Shown in pieces: positions 59,431 to 64,000 of a stretch of DNA of 64,000 nt. Both the position numbers and the translations under genes were made by a program. The stretch is from positions 9,563,097-9,627,096 of the forward strand of contig CM082598.2 of NCBI GenBank assembly GCA_040954595.2, given 5' to 3'. The notes under the pieces were generated by a model. The model was given only the letters and a program-made list of their open reading frames with translations. It did no database searches and was not told where the DNA came from. Within the stretch, counting starts at the first letter, position 1. Each line of letters opens with the position of its first letter. The DNA comes from Balanoglossus misakiensis (Eukaryota > Animalia > Hemichordata).

Positions 59431-60909
59431 GAACTGGATCTACGAGAACTTTGAGAGGGGGAGGTGGACTTTGACCTTCTGGCCTTTGTAAATTTTCGTA
59501 AGGAATAGCCGCCATTTTGTATCGATCAAGGCCCCGTGAATATTTTTAATTTTGTAATCATTGTAAATATATCATAATATTTTTTTCGTTTGTACTGTTT
59601 TGATGATTTTACTTTTGGTAATACTGTTATTTTGTCTGCCACTTGCTTTCTTGAACCAGCCAAGTGAACGCCATTTTCCGCCCGAGTCGTACGGTTAACC
59701 CTCCTGGCCCCGGCCGGTTGTGAAAGTTGTGCAATCGTAGGCTACGTGTTTCATGTGGAGCACACTTTACGAGATGATCATTTTCTCTTTATTTATTTTT
59801 GTTCCTTTTATATTTTTTTCAACATTGAATTTAGAAATAAATGTACATAGTATTGATTAAGAACCGGGTGTATCGTCTTGTTGTTGTGTGCGTGTGTGTG
59901 TGTATAGGTCAGGTGAGAAGTACAGTGTGTAAGCTGAAATGTATATATGTTTGCGAAGGAAAAAGTTTGCGTTTTGTTGTACACGCGAATGTCGCAAAAA
60001 TAAATCGCTCGCAAAAATAAAACGGTATACAGTATGTTACTATCTTGCAATGCGTTTTGCCCCTTGTGCTTAGATAACAAGCAAGTAAAAGTGGCGGGTG
60101 GGCGTGTACCCCTAACCCAACTCAGTCGAGTTTTTTCGGCTTTTCGAACTTCAGTCGAAGACTTATCTTGATGTGGACAAATAGTCTTTCACACCTTCGT
60201 AAATCCTCTGCCTGTAATGTGAGGCAAGGGCTTCCTTTGCTTTGAACACTGTTTATATAGCTTGTCTTTGTCTGTGGACTTAATTACTCATGGACTGCTA
60301 ATTACACTTTACTGTTAGCAGAATGGTACACTAGGACATAGTGTACTTGTTTGTCCATATGCAAATACCTTCGCCTGGCTCAAGTGCGAAGTGGCTCCCT
60401 GATCACAGGCATGAAAAAAGGTGGCAAATTCCGGCATTCGTGCACATTTTTCAGAACCGACACAATAGGCAATGCATAGACAGGTACCCTAGGTGAGCTT
60501 TTGACGTGGAAAAATGAAAACTTTCCAAAGCATGACATGGGACCTTTAACATAGCTTTCTAATCTCTTATTCTACAGTACATAATTATGTATGAAAATGC
60601 ATCAACATATAAGCAGAAATTGCCAGTTATTTGAAACCCTGTAAACTACCATAGTTACTTGCAATCAGGGTTTTTCTATCAGAAACAACCAACCATGACT
60701 GTGTATGGTTGTTATTCAACCAGTGAAGCATAGCCAAGATCAAGGTTCTGCTGAACAAAGTAGGATCACAGTTGCTGAATCTGTCCTTCTGCATTCAAGC
60801 GAGGGTATTTGATTGCCAATATAAGACCTCTCAGGTAGAAATTACCATATTTGGCGGGATAGCCAGAACGCAACACCTTCATTAGCATATTATCGCCTAT
60901 CCAGATCAG

Positions 60910-62211
60910 GACCGTTACATTTTGAATGGCCGCTCACAGACCGTTTTTTGAGGCATTTTCAACTTGCCGTAACTTTCGCTAGAGTGCATTATTTTAAATC
61001 ATGTAAAAGCGAAAACCTCTCCTGACATGTCTTCTTTCGTGCTATCCAAATGGATTTTAGAATTATTTACTGAAATATTGATATTATGGCGATTTTCCGA
61101 AGGTTACTTTAGCGGTCGAAAATATGGTCCAGTTTTTCGCTTCCAGTATCCATAATATGCACCGGAAAGTTTACAGATTTCAGGGTAATGTGGGTTTTTG
61201 TACACTTTAAATGACCGTGTCAAAAAATTTGGTAAAGATACAAGTGCAACGGTCAGTTCAAGAATTTTCGCTAAAAAACGGGCGATTTTACCCGGAAGTC
61301 GTCACATGACCTACGTGACCCGAGGTTTCCCGGCCGCTGATGTAAACACTAGTAAATACGCAATTATCCCAGTTGCTGTTTGCAGTCTCTGTTTAACGCG
61401 ATTGTGGAGTTGAAAGAACCGGACTGATTTTTTAGAAACGTTTGTGTTGTCGCTCAATAATGTTTTTCTTTTTGTGAAGCACCACATTCGACGAAATCTG
61501 TATTTTATTCTTCCAAAGGCTGTGGTGTGGAGGCATCGCAGGGTTACGCTGCGCCGTAAGCGGACACACAGCCCTGCAATTCATACACGCAGCCGCCAGT
61601 GCTAACGTAGTTTAGGCAGATCTCGATGATCATCGATAATTTTCAAGAATGAAAGGTAGTCTTACTAGCCGATATATAATGAACTCATTTCCAAAGTGTG
61701 CATTTATCAACACTACATGTACATTGTGGGACGTAAACAATATACACACATTCTGCACTGAACGCTCGACAATGGGTTACGCTGTGAACTCCCGCCATTT
61801 TCCACTTAAAATGATCTCATCACAGCAAAAAGTAAACAAATTAAAACCGTTATAACTTCGTTAATATGCCCCGGAAAGTATACAAACTTCACTGTAAGAA
61901 GGGCCAATGTCTATATTTTATAAATATGTCATCAGATTTCTACAAAAAGTTGGTGCAACAGTCCGTTCAAGAATTTAGCGAGGCATGTTTCCAAAACGTG
62001 AATTTTCATTACTCTGTACTTTTCGTTATTTCTCTGCAACTACTGCATTAATCGTCAAAAATACTCCTTGAGATATAGTTCGATATATGTACTATCAAAT
62101 AAATCCAACAAAAATACTCAGAACGATCGCCATTAATAGCGGTTGATGACCAAAGTTGGGGAAAAAAATGACCCAATTCAGACACCCTTTTCGGGGCTCA
62201 GTGTAACGGTC
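60910..62211. mobile_element. Putative non-autonomous TIR element
   Basis: 10-bp IR gaccgttaca/tgtaacggtc around a CpG-rich non-coding body; no clear TSD. Confidence 0.45.
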
Positions 62212-63336
62212 TCGTTTTTCGAATCAGATTTCGCATTTGCATATGTTAATGAAGGCGTTGCGCCCAGTGAGCGATTTCAAGGGCCTCATCACTAACTGTT
62301 CCAGAACATGCCAGCTGAGCGCATGCACACACGTTCTAGATTTTCTAAAGTAGCGTGATTTCATGCCACAGCCAATAAAATTCATAAAGTGTGTTCTATT
62401 TAGGTGCATTCTTTTCTGCGTGTTCTATTTTTTTTTTTTTAATATTTCACTGTTCAGGGTCCAGGTCTTGTGTTCCAGAACTTTGAGAATATAAACCCTA
62501 TTTCCAGCCAATCAGGGAGCTGGATTCAGACCAAACAAGGACCGAAAACAGATGCCTGAGTGATGAAGCACAGTATCAAGTGGGTGGAATGATGATGGAG
62601 TGGAATTAACAATTTACATGAACACAGTCACTGCAATTGGAAAGAAATGGTAAATCAAATGTAGCTAAACATTTATGGGTTCTTGTTATTTAGCTAAGGT
62701 TTACTTGCTGGATTAGCCAATACAGAATAAGAGAGGCACAGAAAAACCTATGATTACTGAAATAAAGAGAAGGGTTAGGGGTCGTTCGCCGCGTTTCATC
62801 CACAAATCACTGAAATTAGATAATTCTTTAATGAACGAAGCAGCCAACCGTAGCGTAGACTGGGCATGACAGCAACTGAATATCTTAGTAGGTCGTAGCG
62901 ACTGCAGTGAGGTTTGTGCTGGTATGGGAAGACATATTCTCATCAAGGGGGACACCCACGCGGCGCAACGACCCCTTCCCTTTTATGTATGCCGACATTA
63001 AGCCAGAGAAAAAAGAGTCTGTGGTCATGTGAAGACATGTTGTGCAACTACATGTAGTCTGGTTTCAGAAAGTTTATGTAAACCCAGTACTATGTGTAGG
63101 TCCATTTGCCTGTAATTATGGGGCTCCTATGATCTGATAAGCAGTGAATTTAAAAGATTTGAGATCATTCACAAATATGGAGCTGATAAGAAATCAGTTT
63201 GGTGATGGGCAGATACAAAAAATGTACAAGGTCAGCCCAGCTAACGAGGTTAGGTTATGTCACAACCCCATTGCATTCAAATATATCAACATTTACAGCA
63301 CAGCTACATGTAAATAAAACAAGTAGGAATCAAGTA

Positions 63337-63527
63337 CTGTAAAACGCGTTATTTTCGCGAGCAATAAATTTTCGTGAAATACGCAAGAGCAAAAAAAAAC
63401 ACGAAAATAAAAAGTTGCGTAAAATGTTTTTCGGAGATAACTATCCAGTAAAAATAAGAGAACGCGAAAATTAATCCTCGTGTAACAGTTGCCTCCTTTG
63501 ATATCGCGAAAATAACCCGTTTTAGAG
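63337..63527. mobile_element. Tigger-like MITE
   Basis: TA-ctgtaaaacgcgttattttcgcga ... tcgcgaaaataacccgttttagag-TA. Confidence 0.75.
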
Positions 63528-64000
63528 TACCATTTCTTCAGACCTGGTAAAACAGACTGTCTAAAGAGGCACTACCAAGGATTAACAGTATGAGTAACAG
63601 TCGGCCCGATCGCCAAAAAAGGAAATCTCATGAACATTTATATTTGTGTCAAAGGTTAATTTTCGCCCAATCACATTGCTGCTTTTCGACTCATGAATAT
63701 CAGTTCCATAGAAAATATACATCCCTTAGTTTTAGTTCAATTAAATAAAATCGAAGTTGCCAAAATGCCCTGGCTTTTGTCCGAGGACACATTGATACAT
63801 GCTCTAGCGATCTACCGTTGCGTTTTGAAATCGACCGTTGTGTTTTTTAAAAGCACGGTCTAAGGATTTGTTCTGCCAAGGTCTATTTTCCGGAGACCAA
63901 GAGGTTACCTAGTATAAATGCAAGAGAGCCTCACAATGTCAGTGGCAGCAAAAGGCACCTTGTTGACATTTCTTGGCGCATGTCATTTGCGCATATTTCT

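Larger units (their letters stand above)
56091..60032 (+). mobile_element. pogo/Tigger-like transposon, internally deleted
   Basis: TIR ctgtataccgttttatttttgcga; TA TSD; contains a transposase remnant. Confidence 0.88.
56026..60545. mobile_element. Kolobok-like MITE (outer layer of a four-level nest)
   Basis: TTAA-aggtcccatgccatg ... catgacatgggacct-TTAA. Confidence 0.8.

Overview
Eukaryotic (animal, probably marine invertebrate) genomic DNA with two distinct halves. The first ~34 kb is almost entirely nested retroelements. A minus-strand Ngaro/DIRS-type tyrosine-recombinase element appears to host a Troyka-like Gypsy element (1716-17599; LTRs start CGCCA and end TGGCG; 3-bp TSD; RT motif IADD). 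That element hosts two young canonical Gypsy elements (2417-7905 and 9040-13980), one of which carries a hairpin-ended non-autonomous insertion. A second Troyka-like element (~21553-30832) abuts an L2-like LINE and is interrupted by a CR1 fragment, a CMC/EnSpm-like element and a Harbinger MITE. The second half holds an intact 11-exon, 644-aa concentrative nucleoside transporter gene (SLC28/CNT3-like, minus strand, 37721-55802). Its introns and upstream region are full of MITEs, a SINE, Helentron-like elements and a four-level DNA-transposon nest. The most unusual signal is a set of sequence-divergent non-coding elements ending in long hairpins whose mismatches form tandem GA/GA pairs and GNA-type apices on one strand only. 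All calls were made by eye; family names come from recalled motifs, not database searches.
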